Below, piece after piece: positions 24,653 through 37,300 of a stretch of DNA of 64,000 nt. The notes beneath the pieces were generated by a model. The model did not search any database, was not told the DNA's origin, and was given only the letters and a program-made list of their open reading frames with translations. Numbering within the stretch: the first letter of the stretch is position 1; the number at the start of each line of letters is the position of its first letter. Made by a program: the position numbers and the translations under genes. Source of the DNA: Schizochytrium sp. TIO01 (Eukaryota > Protista > Bigyra: Labyrinthulomycetes); assembly GCA_004764695.1 (NCBI GenBank), contig SMSO01000025.1, forward strand, positions 5,372,862 through 5,436,861, given 5' to 3'.

Positions 24653-26283
24653 ACTATATGTGCTCACCCTTGCATCTGACTTAAATCGACTCGTGTAAAC
24701 CTTCAATAGAAATTCACTTTCCCTTAGGCAAATCTTGCTTTCTTCCTCGCCAAAATCACCATTTAACGCTTTTAAAATAATGCGTTTGCTTTGATTAAAT
24801 GTAAAGCTTTACCCACTGAAGCAATAGTAGCATAAGGCTCTTATGTAGAATAGGTAACTGCTCCTGAAGTCCAAGTTGGATTATAAGAAGGTTGCCATCG
24901 AATTAAACTAGCACTTAAGATGAATATAATAGAGAATCACCGTGCCGAAGAAATTGGAAGTGCTTGGTGCGCGAGTTAATTTTCGAGGCTTTTATGTGAA
25001 CTGAAAAGCCACTAACATTTTGCCTGGTTCATCTTCTTACATCATTCAGTGTTGCGTAGCTGATCTGGACTCAGTGACGAAAAAATTGTGCAATACTAGC
25101 CGATGCCAAGTTCATGAAAAGTAGCAGTCAAGCGGGAACCTTTCTTTCTGGCTGAAATGCGAGTTGGGTACAATTTACACAAATTTATGCATACAGATTA
25201 AGCCGTGCGCGCTAGAGATTAGGTTTCCTGTTCTTTTAATTACAGCCAAGGTTTGGCTATGGGGACTGGACATTTGAGCGATTTGCTACGCACGCAAGCA
25301 CGTGCTAGGCACTTCGAAATGGTTGGTACTCGCACTGGAGCGCAGTTGATGTAACTTCGCTATGGTAAATCAAGCTGATTGATCTTGAACAATAGATAGA
25401 CCAAGTCCCTCTGTGTCTAGGACCTACTCATCTTTCTACTTGCAGGCTGGCTACCTGAAGCTGCCTTTTGTAACCTTGTTGAGGTTGTACCGACCAAGAA
25501 AACGGTGGCTGTTTATTGCTAAAAGTCTCGCTGCCTTGGCGACAAGCTTAACTAAGCCTTCCAGTGGTTCAAGTCGAATATAAGTTGAACACAGCAACCA
25601 CGCTAACCAAGCATTCGGCCACGTACGTTTCGAGCACTCGCACCAAAGCCTGTCGTTCTCCAATGATAATTCGACGTAGGAAACACTGTAACCTCAGCTC
25701 TGGGAATCGACGTGCGAACCAAATCTCAGATGTCCAAATTGCGCAGAAGCTACGTCAGTAGCAAGACGCTTGCAGAACCCAGAGAAATCTGGATCTTTTA
25801 AGTCGTCCTCCAAATCACGGCCTTTTATGGATTTTTTGCGCAGGGCCTTCCCGCCAGCCAGATAGTTGTTCTGAAGTAGCCCAAACAAGGCCGCATCCAC
25901 CACCTTGACGAGTAATCGTCGCATCCAATATTACAGCGACTCTTGACCATTTCAATCCTCTTGGCACAACTTCTTACAGAAGGTTCCCGAATTGAAGACT
26001 AAACGCTGGTTTCATAGTATCTCGAATTTGGCTTTCCCTAACTTTCTCTTGAAGCCCTGAACATCGTCATTTGAATTCGACAGACAACTAGCTAGCTAGC
26101 TAGGCAGGCACGCGATCGAGCGGTCCGTTACGATTCAATAAACTCTGGCCAAATTGCTTGCGCGAAGGCACATCCGGACAGTCGCGGAAACCAGCGAAGC
26201 TTGAAACAGAATCCGCAGGGATAAATGGTACGAATAAAAGACAATCCATTTATCCCTCCATCCAACCATCAAGTAAATATTTA

Positions 26284-26347
26284 AATGAATGAATGAATGA
26301 ATGAATGAATGAATGAATGAATGAATGAATGAATGAATGAATGAATG
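26284..26347. repeat. (AATG)16 microsatellite
   Basis: Perfect tetranucleotide run of 64 bp. Confidence 0.9.
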
Positions 26348-28039
26348 GGTGGATGGATGAATGTGGTAGGTGGACAGATTGGACGGAGAGATGCACGCGT
26401 GCCTGAGCGAGGTGCCTCGAGCCCAGAGGTCTTCCAGGACAGCTCGTGCGAGCCCGCGACCGCACGCGAGGTGTGTGCCCACAGCAAGTGCTTCTTACTC
26501 GCCGCAATGCAGCAGCGGCGCTGTGGGTTTCCCTGGCGCGCTGTCTGGGAACCCGCCCTGTGCTTCTGTGGGGAAGATAACAGGCGACGATTAAAGTCTG
26601 CCGCGAAGATCGTACGGAGCACCTTCTTAACACTGGACGAGTCGGAAAGGTCTCCCGTACGACCGCGTAAGAGGCGCGTTCCAACCAGAGAAGCCAAAAG
26701 GGCCTTCGTGAAACGAAGTTGAATTGGCCAAGGTGGAGGCGGCCTTCGAAACCCTACACTTACACGAGGCCGCGACGTCTTGAGCGTCTAGCTGGTTAGT
26801 TACGCGTGCGTATTGACCGGTATTGGGTGAACAAAATCGCAGCTGCGGCAGAGAAAGATTACCGTGCTTCGAGCTTTCTTTGACGCTTTCTTGGGCGCCT
26901 CCGCCCGCTTTGGGAGTGAGTTGAAAAGGCGCCGAATAAAGTGCAAGCTGAGGTGCTTGTGCCGGCGCAAGTTACCCGAAAGGGCTGACCTTTCAGCGAA
27001 CTCTGGCTAATCAGCGAGTGAAATGAGCAATCATTTCGTGAGTGGGTTCGCGCACGGGAGAGAAGAAGTCACTGCGTTTGAGGCTTTCTTTGCGCCCTTT
27101 CTGGTAGAGCCAAAGCAGGAGCAGAGTAGCGAGGAGGATGAAATCGTCTTCGGACTCTCCTCATTGGCCCCTTTTTGCATTTAACTGCCGTTTCTTTTCT
27201 TTTGCGTTTGAGCTTTTCTCTCTCCTTTCTTCTCACTCGACATGTCTTTACGAAAGAAATCGAGAGAAACAAGGTTAAAAGCAAATGGCGATTTGTCCAT
27301 TTTCATTGAAAAGATGGCGGGCTCAATGAAAAGATGGCGGGCGTTTAGTTGGTGTGTTCGCCATGAGCGAACGCCTCGCTGCAGCTGGACAGGCCTCTTT
27401 TGGAGCGCGCGCGTTTTTCGGGGCTGCTTGATGCTGATCTTTCCCTCATTGTTGCGTGAAGGATGACTGTTTATCCATGGAGTTTCAAATCAAGAGAAAG
27501 CTCCCGTTTTCGTTTTTTTCGGTTTGAAAAGTTCCAAGTGCAGTGCTGCCTTGCCGCATTCCGATTGACTCAAGCATCAAAGAGAAGTATCTAAGCCTGG
27601 TTCACGGAGAATTTAACCTTTCCCGGCGATGAGCAGAGGTCTGAAACACGTGCATAATCGATCCTGAATTCATACTCCTCTCCAAACGTTGTGCTGTTTT
27701 CAAAGATAATTAATGGTCGAGAGGAGAATGCTCTACCCAAACTCGGCCTACACGCCTTGGCAGCTCACGCGCAGTCAATACTAGTCCATGTTTAAATAGC
27801 TCTCACCTTGCATGAAGCCGAAGGGAGGGGATTAGTGGAAACACGTGTTTGACTCTTATTTACTTTTCTCTACTCAGAGTGAGAAATGTAAAAGACTCTA
27901 TAAAGATGAAGAAAGATAAACCTTCAAGTTTGGTTTCGAGGTCTTCTTTAGGCTCCAGCAAAACCTGAATCGACGGATTCAGACGACAGCAACTGCATCA
28001 AGCAAACGCTCTGTGCACGAAATATAAATATAAAACAAG

Positions 28040-30052
28040 ATGAACTCTCTTATTGCGCTCACCGTGGCAGCCCTGGCTGCCATGGTGCCTGCAAGCAATG
28101 CTTTCACGATCTCCCATGTGATCGTAAGCAGCGACCTCACGCGAAACGAATCTCTCTTGGAGGCTGCCCTTACCAACGCATCTGCTGCTTGGGGTGATAT
28201 GATTCGCTCCGAATTCGATGATCTGACCTTTACCTCATCTGTCAGCTTGAGCGACTACTGCAACGTTGACTATACCTTTACTTCTGGTGATGTCATTACA
28301 GATCTCCTGGTCCTTGTGCAGATTATCGATGGTGACACAGCCATGCGTGATATTGATGCTGCCCCATGTGTATTTTCTGACGTCGGCGATGACGACTCAG
28401 TCTACCTGCCCCGCGTAAGTGTCCTCAGTTTTACTTTGGACGCCATTGAAACTATTATTGACGGTGGATTCATTGCCACGATGATGGAGCACGAGTTTGG
28501 CCACCTGCTTGGTCTCAACACTCTTTGGAGCACCAACGGACTCATTTCCAACTCTACATATACTGGCACCTACGGTATCGAGGGATACATTGAAGTTGGT
28601 GGCAACGAGACAGAGACTTCTGTTCCTCTTGAGACTGATGACTATGATGGTGTACACTGGGATGAGCTCACCTTTGATACAGAGATCATGACTGGTCACC
28701 TTGACGGTCGTGTCCGGCCAATCTCGATTCTTTCTGTATGGGCTCTCAAAGATCTTGGTTACTCGGTCTGGCTTCAGAATGCCGAGGAAGAGTGGCTCCC
28801 GACTAGCGTCAAGGGTGGTAACTCCAACGGCAAGGGTGAAAAGGGAATGGGACTCTACGGTGATTACGTCGATGTCGACTTCACTTCTGAAGTTGCAGTC
28901 TTTGCTGATGGAACAATTTCTCTCACTACGATCACCAGCACCACCACCACCACTAGTGATGACGATGATGACGATACCACTCCCTATGTTAACACCGACT
29001 TCCCGTACAATACCCTCACAGACTACGCTGATACTATCCAGACTGCTCTTGATAGTGCCGCATCCAAGTGGAACGATGTGATTCGCACTGAACTTGATGA
29101 CATTGTATTTGAGTATGATACCACCTTGCCTACCTCGTGCGGTATTGATTACACTATTAATGCTGGTACTACAATCCAAAACCTTTTGGTCATCCTCCAG
29201 GTTGTTGAAGGTGGATCTGTAGATAAGGTCCTCCAGTCTAACCCGTGTATCTTTGCTGAGAGCGACGATGGTACTTACTTCCCTCGGGTGGGAGTCATCA
29301 CCCTGGATGCAGACAACTTCACTGGCTACATTGAGAAGGGATCTACTTTCCTCGAAGATTTCTTTGTGCACGAAATTGCCCATGTCCTTGGTGTAGGTAC
29401 CATGTGGAAGCCTTACCACCTTCTCGACGGTTCAGATTACAATGGTGATGCTGGTGTCTGGGGCTACAAGCAAGTTGGTGGTGCTTTGTCTGTCGAAAGT
29501 GTACCCATCGAAGTTGATGAGTGGGGTACCCGTCACTGGGATGAGACATACTTTGATAACGAGGTGCTGAGTGGACATATTGACGGTCGTTCGCGCCCTC
29601 TTTCACTTCTTACTGTGAACTCCCTTCGTGATATTGGCTATGAAATCTATGTACTCAATGCCGACGATTACGATATGGATGACTCAAAGCACACCAACAC
29701 TGGCTCTGGTACTTCAAACGGACGTAACTCCAGGGGACTTGGGGCCTACGACGACTATACCCCCCTTTCTGAGTCTGCTAAGGTTTATGTCTTTGCTGAT
29801 GGCTCTGTCAAGCAGAAACAAGTCGACTTTGCCGCCGCTCACTTTCACGGAGGCCCCTCTCCTTGGGAGCTTGGTATGACAGTCGTTGGTGCTGTTTTCA
29901 TCCTTAGCACACTCGTTCTCGCAACTATTCTCTGCTGCCGATGCTGGAAGCGCAAACAGATTGATGCTACTCAAACTGAGGTTGGCTCTGTGCCCCCTAA
30001 GACTGTGGAGATGGAGCAGGAGCTTTCTGACCGTGCCATGCGTGTGGTCTAA
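28040..30052 (+). CDS. Two-domain leishmanolysin-like M8 membrane metalloprotease, copy 6
   Basis: Signal peptide. Domain 1 HEFGH/HWDE/EIMTG; domain 2 HEIAH/HWDE/EVLSG. Thr/Asp linker, PSPWE + TM, tail ending RAMRVV. Confidence 0.88.
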   Translation: MNSLIALTVAALAAMVPASNAFTISHVIVSSDLTRNESLLEAALTNASAAWGDMIRSEFDDLTFTSSVSLSDYCNVDYTFTSGDVITDLLVLVQIIDGDTAMRDIDAAPCVFSDVGDDDSVYLPRVSVLSFTLDAIETIIDGGFIATMMEHEFGHLLGLNTLWSTNGLISNSTYTGTYGIEGYIEVGGNETETSVPLETDDYDGVHWDELTFDTEIMTGHLDGRVRPISILSVWALKDLGYSVWLQNAEEEWLPTSVKGGNSNGKGEKGMGLYGDYVDVDFTSEVAVFADGTISLTTITSTTTTTSDDDDDDTTPYVNTDFPYNTLTDYADTIQTALDSAASKWNDVIRTELDDIVFEYDTTLPTSCGIDYTINAGTTIQNLLVILQVVEGGSVDKVLQSNPCIFAESDDGTYFPRVGVITLDADNFTGYIEKGSTFLEDFFVHEIAHVLGVGTMWKPYHLLDGSDYNGDAGVWGYKQVGGALSVESVPIEVDEWGTRHWDETYFDNEVLSGHIDGRSRPLSLLTVNSLRDIGYEIYVLNADDYDMDDSKHTNTGSGTSNGRNSRGLGAYDDYTPLSESAKVYVFADGSVKQKQVDFAAAHFHGGPSPWELGMTVVGAVFILSTLVLATILCCRCWKRKQIDATQTEVGSVPPKTVEMEQELSDRAMRVV

Positions 30053-33000
30053 ACCGTTGTTTTTGTAAACTGGATTTGGATCTTGGAGCGTTGTTGAATC
30101 TTTTCCACGCAGGTCATGCACTTGCTTATACATCCGTAGACTACCTTTATAAACACTATAATGCAATTACTTTGCCTTTTCATCAGAAACATGTGACTTC
30201 GTCTATTGTGTACAAGCCATTGAGCTCTAACTTGCAATATCTCTTGTACAAGATCAGGTTATACATCCCTTGGCGTGTTGCTCTCTTTCCCCTTGAGCTC
30301 AGTAGGTATCAATTTCTGTAAAGGAGACTTCATCGCTCGAAAATATTGTACTTTCAACTGTGCAAATCACCATGCATTTTCGTAGCTTGAAGATAGGGGA
30401 AAGCCTGGACATTGAAATCTAGTCTAGCGTCCCCAGCGGCAATTTATGACATTGTTTCAAACCCTACTCGTGAGCACACCGGCATCGCAAGCTGCAAAGT
30501 GTCAGCATTGCAACCTCCTGAGCGCAGGTTAAAAGGATGAATGCATACCCGAAGCAAGCAAGTGCAGTCATGAAGAGTATAGAGCAATCTCCAGAATCCT
30601 ATCCACCAGAACACTCGAAAGGGTCTTGTCTGGACGTGCGAAGCTCAACATGCCTTGTAAGTCCAACTTTAATCCCACGTGGTCTTGCCGACCGTGAAGA
30701 TGGTTACTAAACACAAAATATAGCTCTGCATCACGTCAGCAATGACACCATTGCGTAGAAGTCGATCTCTGTATGGTATTGGCCATCGAAGCCCAATAAG
30801 TCAATGTTTGTATCCTACTACTTTTAGCAAACATTTTACTTGAGGGCACCACCGCATGTTAGCGTTTGCCAATGATCTACTCAGCTCTCGAAGCATCAAT
30901 CCTACCCAATGGTTTCTTGAAGGAAAGGTAAGGGTTTAGTATAACCTACTTTCACATTATCATCACGTAGCAAAGAGACGACAAACTACTGCAGTCCTGA
31001 ATTTCTTACATGTTGTACAGTTTCGCATAGACAGAAAGACGAGGGGAAGCACTTGGAATATCTGAGAATAACAACTAGATGTCTCTGCAGCTTGCTCAAA
31101 ATGCTGTCAAAATGGTCACTAATATTTCAATTCAACTATGCAAGCTGATTAGGCTGCAACGAGGATCGTCCTTAGCAGACACAATTAGCCAATTTATTCT
31201 CGATTGAACAGCATTACCAGTCATTAAGCGTAAATGTAGTCTCTGGAATTGCCTGGAATGCGATCAGAGACCCATTAGAATTCTGATTTCCTCGAATCAT
31301 TAGTAACGTACTCCTATTCTAGGCTTAAGAGTAGGTTCAAGCATGCCAAAACGAAGCCATAACTAGAGGGTACACACTATAGCACGTTTCAACTTTTGTC
31401 ATAAAAGGTTGTCCGTACAATCGTTTTGAGTGGTCGCAGCTCGTTTGAGCTAATCCCAGCTAGGTGCATCTACTAAGACGCAGCATCTTCTCATTATGCT
31501 AGCACTTCAACATATATGCTTTTATACTTCCGAGGAATCAATCAAAGCGTCGCCGTTCTCCACGTGCGCCCATGCTTCCGTGACCAACGCTCGCCTTTTC
31601 ATTCATAGCACTAAGCTATGTCACGCTTGTCTGTGGCACGCCTTTCGTGCCGAATCGAAGCTTTCCTGGCTCAATTCCAGCTACTGAAATCTTTTTTCAA
31701 CTCATTTTTCGCAAATGCTTATGAACCTGTAGTATGATTCTTGGTAATCTTGTACAGGTTTTCTTCAAGAATAAAAATAGCTCATTTTCTTCGCCTTTCA
31801 GAAGCATGGTTTCCTCCCCCGAATAGGAAATGTAGGCAGGTATGAAATTTTATTCACCCAGCTGAATCATCTCCAAGGTCGAAACTTCAGAAAAGAAAGT
31901 TATTCCTTGTCGTCGAGAAATCAGGAAAGGCGCGAGCGCGAGGCACGTTTCATCTCCAGGTCGCTTCGCCCAATCTTGTCGGATTAAAGTTCCTCCGCGA
32001 GCGATGTCCGCGGGTATGACGCAGACCATCCATCCAACCCTTGCGCATGGTCTTGAGCCATTTGTGAAGTCTTTTCCAACTGCCTCTCGAGTCACCATCC
32101 TCAGGTTTACTCGATCTATCAATCGCCTTCTTTTAAGCTAGTAGCAATATGGAGGAAAGAAGGACGGGGAATCTCTCTTGAGCAGAGTGCACTCCGAGAA
32201 TTGATTTTTTCTTAAACCTCACGAGTTTTCCTTTCGAGATTTTCTGTACTTCGTCGCCAAATTTGCGGTACTGCGCAGCGACCACTGCTCGCAGCCTCTG
32301 CTTTCTTTCGCCAAACCTCGGGGCTCGAGAAGACCGCGTCTCCGAGAGCGGCCCTTCCTTTTATGCGCTGCAGTCGTGGCATCTCAGATGAAACTACAAA
32401 ACAGATTCCCGTCTTGAAACCTAAATCATTCTTTGAGCAGACCTACAGAATTGGAAGCGAGGAAGAAAGAATACAACCTTGTTTAGAAACATTTTTTTAT
32501 TTTTAATAAAGGAAGTAATAGTACCTACCTGCATACTTAGCAAGAGCGAACTAAAGAACCAACTTACAGATGAAGGACGCCGCCTCCTCCAGGTTACGAA
32601 GACGAAGCCATGCAATTCAGCGACGAGCACGTGTGTGTTTGAGGCCTCAAGATTGTCTCAGGGCCTTCTGGGTGCGGTTGTTCTATCTCGTTCAAAGCAG
32701 AGCCCACACGGGAGTTGGGACCTCGGCGCGTGGACCCCACGTGGAGAGGGAACCCGTAGACGAAGTTCACACTGAATCCCTCGGGGTAAAGATTGTACGT
32801 AGCAAGATGGAGCGTGATCTAAGCGAAGAAAAAGTTAACGAGAATGAGAATGAGAATGAGATTGACGCTCTGAATGGATCGGAGACCATGGCTCAGTTTC
32901 GCGAAAAGGGGCTCGAAAGGCGCAGGGGTTTTGAAGGTCAAACTTTCGTTCTCTAGTTTACTCCAGTTTTCTGCAGTTTTGCAGAGGAATAGTAAGTCAT

Positions 33001-34370
33001 TGGCGCTGGCTGAAGTTTCCCCGTGAAGTTTCTTCGTCGGGTTTCGACATGGGCTGCACATCCATCTCTCGGTTATTTCCGGTGGCAGAGATGAGAGCGA
33101 CGGTCCGCTCGGAGCAGACTCTTGATGGAAACGAAGCGTTTGGAGCCATAAAGATTGTACAGAGATGAACGAGATCGCCACTCTGGGTCGTGGCAGGCGA
33201 GCTCTGAGGGTTAGTATGGATTGGATTGGAATGGAAAATGGATTGTAAGAGCATTGTCAAAGCAGGCCAGTCAAACAACCGAAGAGGATCCACGGGTGGC
33301 GGCTGAAAAAAAGGTAAAGATTTGATGGGCCTGGGGCTGGTACCAGCGATGAACTTTGCGAGAGAAGAACAGAGCTTGGATAGAAAGGAAAAACCAATTT
33401 CAGCAGATACTTGCGCTGAGAGATAAAGCCTAAGTACGACAACGGCGGCGCCAGAGATCTTTTCTACTAACTGTTGATCTTTTTCTCTATTCTCAAAAGG
33501 CAAAACTCTGGGAAGGCGAGCTAGTTACGAGAAGAAAGGCGGAAAGAGGGAAAAAAAGTGTATTCAAAAAGTGCAGCTACACAAAAAGTGGGATAAAAGA
33601 AAGGGAACGATCAAAGAAATCATCAGCGGCGCAGAGAGCTGACGACGCGCTCGACAAATGATTGGCGGCGGCAAGCTGAGCTCATCGGACTTCAGCTCGC
33701 AGCCCGTCCCGAACCAAGTCTCGGAAGCCGCTCACTCGGGTCGGCATGCGTCCTCATGCGGAGGCAGCGAACTGTTATCTCAGAGAGGCTTGGCTTGCCC
33801 AGCCAGTTACAACGTAGATCAAGTGTTCAAATCAAGGTTGGATGCTTTAAGTTGTTTGTTCATGGCAAGGTCGTACGGAAGGCACTGTGGTAACTGCGGG
33901 TCCAACAGACAGATAGGAGGTGTCTTTGAGCGTAGCAGCTTTCTGTTATCTTGTTTGGCTGTGGAAGAATGGGATGCGGGCCTTATGATCGCTACCAACT
34001 TAAAGTACTAAGCGCCAAGCTTCTCTGACATGAGTATAGACATGAGCTCACACATATTCTCACTGACTTATCGCATGTTCCCTTTAGAAAAGACGGTTTT
34101 TTTTTCTGAATACAGAAAGGCAAAAACCTCTTAAAAATAAGACTGTACTGAATACGAAGCAAGGCACGGGCGAGCAACGATTTAGCACGCAGACAAGTAT
34201 TGATTTCTTCTTGGTCAGTAGTCAGAGAAAGACTAGCTTGCTTTAACTCGGGTTTAAAGTTTTTTTTTGTCGTAGCAGCTCTTACTAGGGAGCGCAGCTG
34301 GCTGGAGCCAGCAAAACCAAAACTGCAACCTGCAAGGGCTCATAAAAGGGCTTGGCGCAGGACTTTCACG

Positions 34371-37300
34371 ATGATTAAAGCTATGAAGCTGTTGGCTCTG
34401 ACCTCCGCGGTCTTGTCAGCGGCTCTTGTAGAGGCCTCTTATATTTCATTTGAAGTTGTCACCAATGATCTTGATAGTGATTATGACAGTACTATCAATG
34501 AGTTCTTTACCAACGCTACAGCTAAATGGAACGATGTGATCTATTCATCTCTCGACGATCTTGAGTTCACATCGAAAACAAATGTTTCAAGCTACTGTGA
34601 TATTGACAAGGCTTATAGCTCGGGCGATACTATCTCAAACTTGACGATTCTTGTTTCAATTACCTCGGACGCAGCAGAGAACATTACTGCTAAGCCATGT
34701 GTTTTTGCAGAGTCTGATGGCACCTATCTTCCCCGTATTGGTGCAATCATTCTCAATGCTAATTACTTTGAAACTTATGTCGTAGACAGCACCTTCTTCA
34801 CCATCCGCCTTCTGGCTCACGAGATTGGCCACGTTCTTGGTCTTGGTACTCTCTGGAACGCCTACAATTATGTTGAATCTACTACTAAGTACAACGGCAA
34901 GCGTGGTGTTTGGGGCTATGTGCAGGTCTCCGGTGACGAAGACGTGACAACAGTGCCTATCACCTCCGATAACATATCCTCCTCCACTCCCGCCGAGCAC
35001 TGGTCGGAGACCGTTTTCACTGGTGAACTCATGACTGGCGTGCTCAACGGCAAGAAGAGTCCGCTTTCGATCCTCTCTGTTGATGCTCTTCGCGATATTG
35101 GATACCAGGTTATTGCTGAGAACTCTGAAGACTACGAGTTCAGTTATGTGGCTGACCACGAAGCTGCTGATGGAGATGCTCGCCGTCAGCTCGGAAACGG
35201 CCCCAGCGTCTACGGCGACTTCACTCCCATTGTTCTTAGTGATGGAATTGCTGTATTCTCCGATGGAACCATTGCAACGAAGACCGTTTCTGCTCTTGGA
35301 AACTCTTCGTACGCTTCCACCGACACTGATGATGATGACACTTCAACGGACTATGTTAACATTGAGATTGTCTCTAATGAGCTCTCTCAGTACACGTACA
35401 TCATTAAGGAGTACTTTGCCAACGCATCTGCTAAGTGGAACGACGTGATCTACACTTCGCTTGATGACCTAGAGTTTACCGAGGACGTTGACGTAACAGA
35501 CTATTGTGGTGTTCCTAAGACCTACTCTTCTGGTGACACCGTCTCCAACTTGACGATTCTTGTTGAGATCTCTTCATCTGCGGAGGAGAACATTACTGCT
35601 AAGCCATGCGTGTTTGCAGAGTCTGATGGCACCTATCTTCCCCGTATTGGTGTGATTATTCTGAACACTGATTTCTTTAGATATTACGTCGAAGACAGCA
35701 CCTTCTTCACCATCCGCCTTCTGGCTCACGAGATTGGCCACGTTCTTGGTCTTGGTACTCTCTGGAACGCCTACAATTATCTTGAATCTGACACCACGTA
35801 CGACGGCAAGCGTGGTGTTTGGGGCTATGTGCAAGTCTCCGGTGACGAAGACGTGACAACAGTGCCTATCACCTCCGAGCACTGGTCTGAGACTGTCTTC
35901 ACTGGTGAACTCATGACTGGCGTGCTCAACGGCAAGAAGAGTCCGCTTTCGATCCTCTCTGTTGATGCTCTTCGCGATATTGGATACCAGGTTATTGCTG
36001 AGAACTCTGAAGACTACGAGTTCAGTTACGTGGCTGACCACGAAGCTGCTGATGGAGATGCTCGCCGTCAGCTCGGAAACGGCCCCAGCGTCTACGGCGA
36101 CTTCACTGCCATTGACCTTGATGACGGAATTGCTGTATTCTCCGATGGAACCATTGCAACGAAGACCGTTTCTGCTCTTGGAAACTCTTCGTACGCTTCC
36201 ACCGACACTGATGATGATGATGACACTTCAACGGACTATGTTAACATCGAGATTGTCTCTAATGAGCTCTCTCAGTACACGTACATCATTAAGGAGTACT
36301 TTGCCAACGCATCTGCTAAGTGGAACGACGTGATCTACACTTCGCTTGATGACCTAGAGTTTACCGAGGACGTTGACGTAACAGACTATTGTGGTGTTCC
36401 TAAGACCTACTCTTCTGGTGACACCGTCTCCAACTTGACGATTCTTGTTGAGATCTCTTCATCTGCGGAGGAGAACATTACTGCTAAGCCATGCGTGTTT
36501 GCAGAGTCTGATGGCACCTATCTTCCCCGTATTGGTGTGATTATTCTGAACACTGATTTCTTTAGATATTACGTCGAAGACAGCACCTTCTTCACCATCC
36601 GCCTTCTGGCTCACGAGATTGGCCACGTTCTTGGTCTTGGTACTCTCTGGAACGCCTACAATTATCTTGAATCTGACACCACGTACGACGGCAAGCGTGG
36701 TGTTTGGGGCTATGTGCAAGTCTCCGGTGACGAAGACGTGACAACAGTACCTATCACCTCCGAGCACTGGTCTGAGACTGTTTTCACTGGTGAACTCATG
36801 ACTGGCGTGCTCAACGGCAAGAAGAGTCCGCTTTCGATCCTCTCTGTTGATGCTCTTCGCGATATTGGATACCAGGTTATTGCTGAGAACTCTGAAGACT
36901 ACGAGTTCAGTTATGTGGCCGACCACGAAGCTGCTGATGGAGATGCTCGCCGTCAGCTCGGAAACGGCCCCAGCGTCTACGGCGACTTCACTGCCATTGA
37001 CCTTGATGACGGAATTGCTGTATTCTCCGATGGAACCATTGCAACGAAGACCGTTTCTGCTCTTGGAAACTCTTCGTACGCTTCCACCGACACTGATGAT
37101 GATGATGACACTTCAACGGACTATGTTAACATCGAGATTGTCTCTAATGAGCTCTCTCAGTACACGTACATCATTAAGGAGTACTTTGCCAACGCATCTG
37201 CTAAGTGGAACAACGTGATCTACACTTCGCTTGATGACCTAGAGTTTACCGAGGACGTTGATATTTCGGACTCCTGTGGTATTCCCAAGACCTACTCTTC

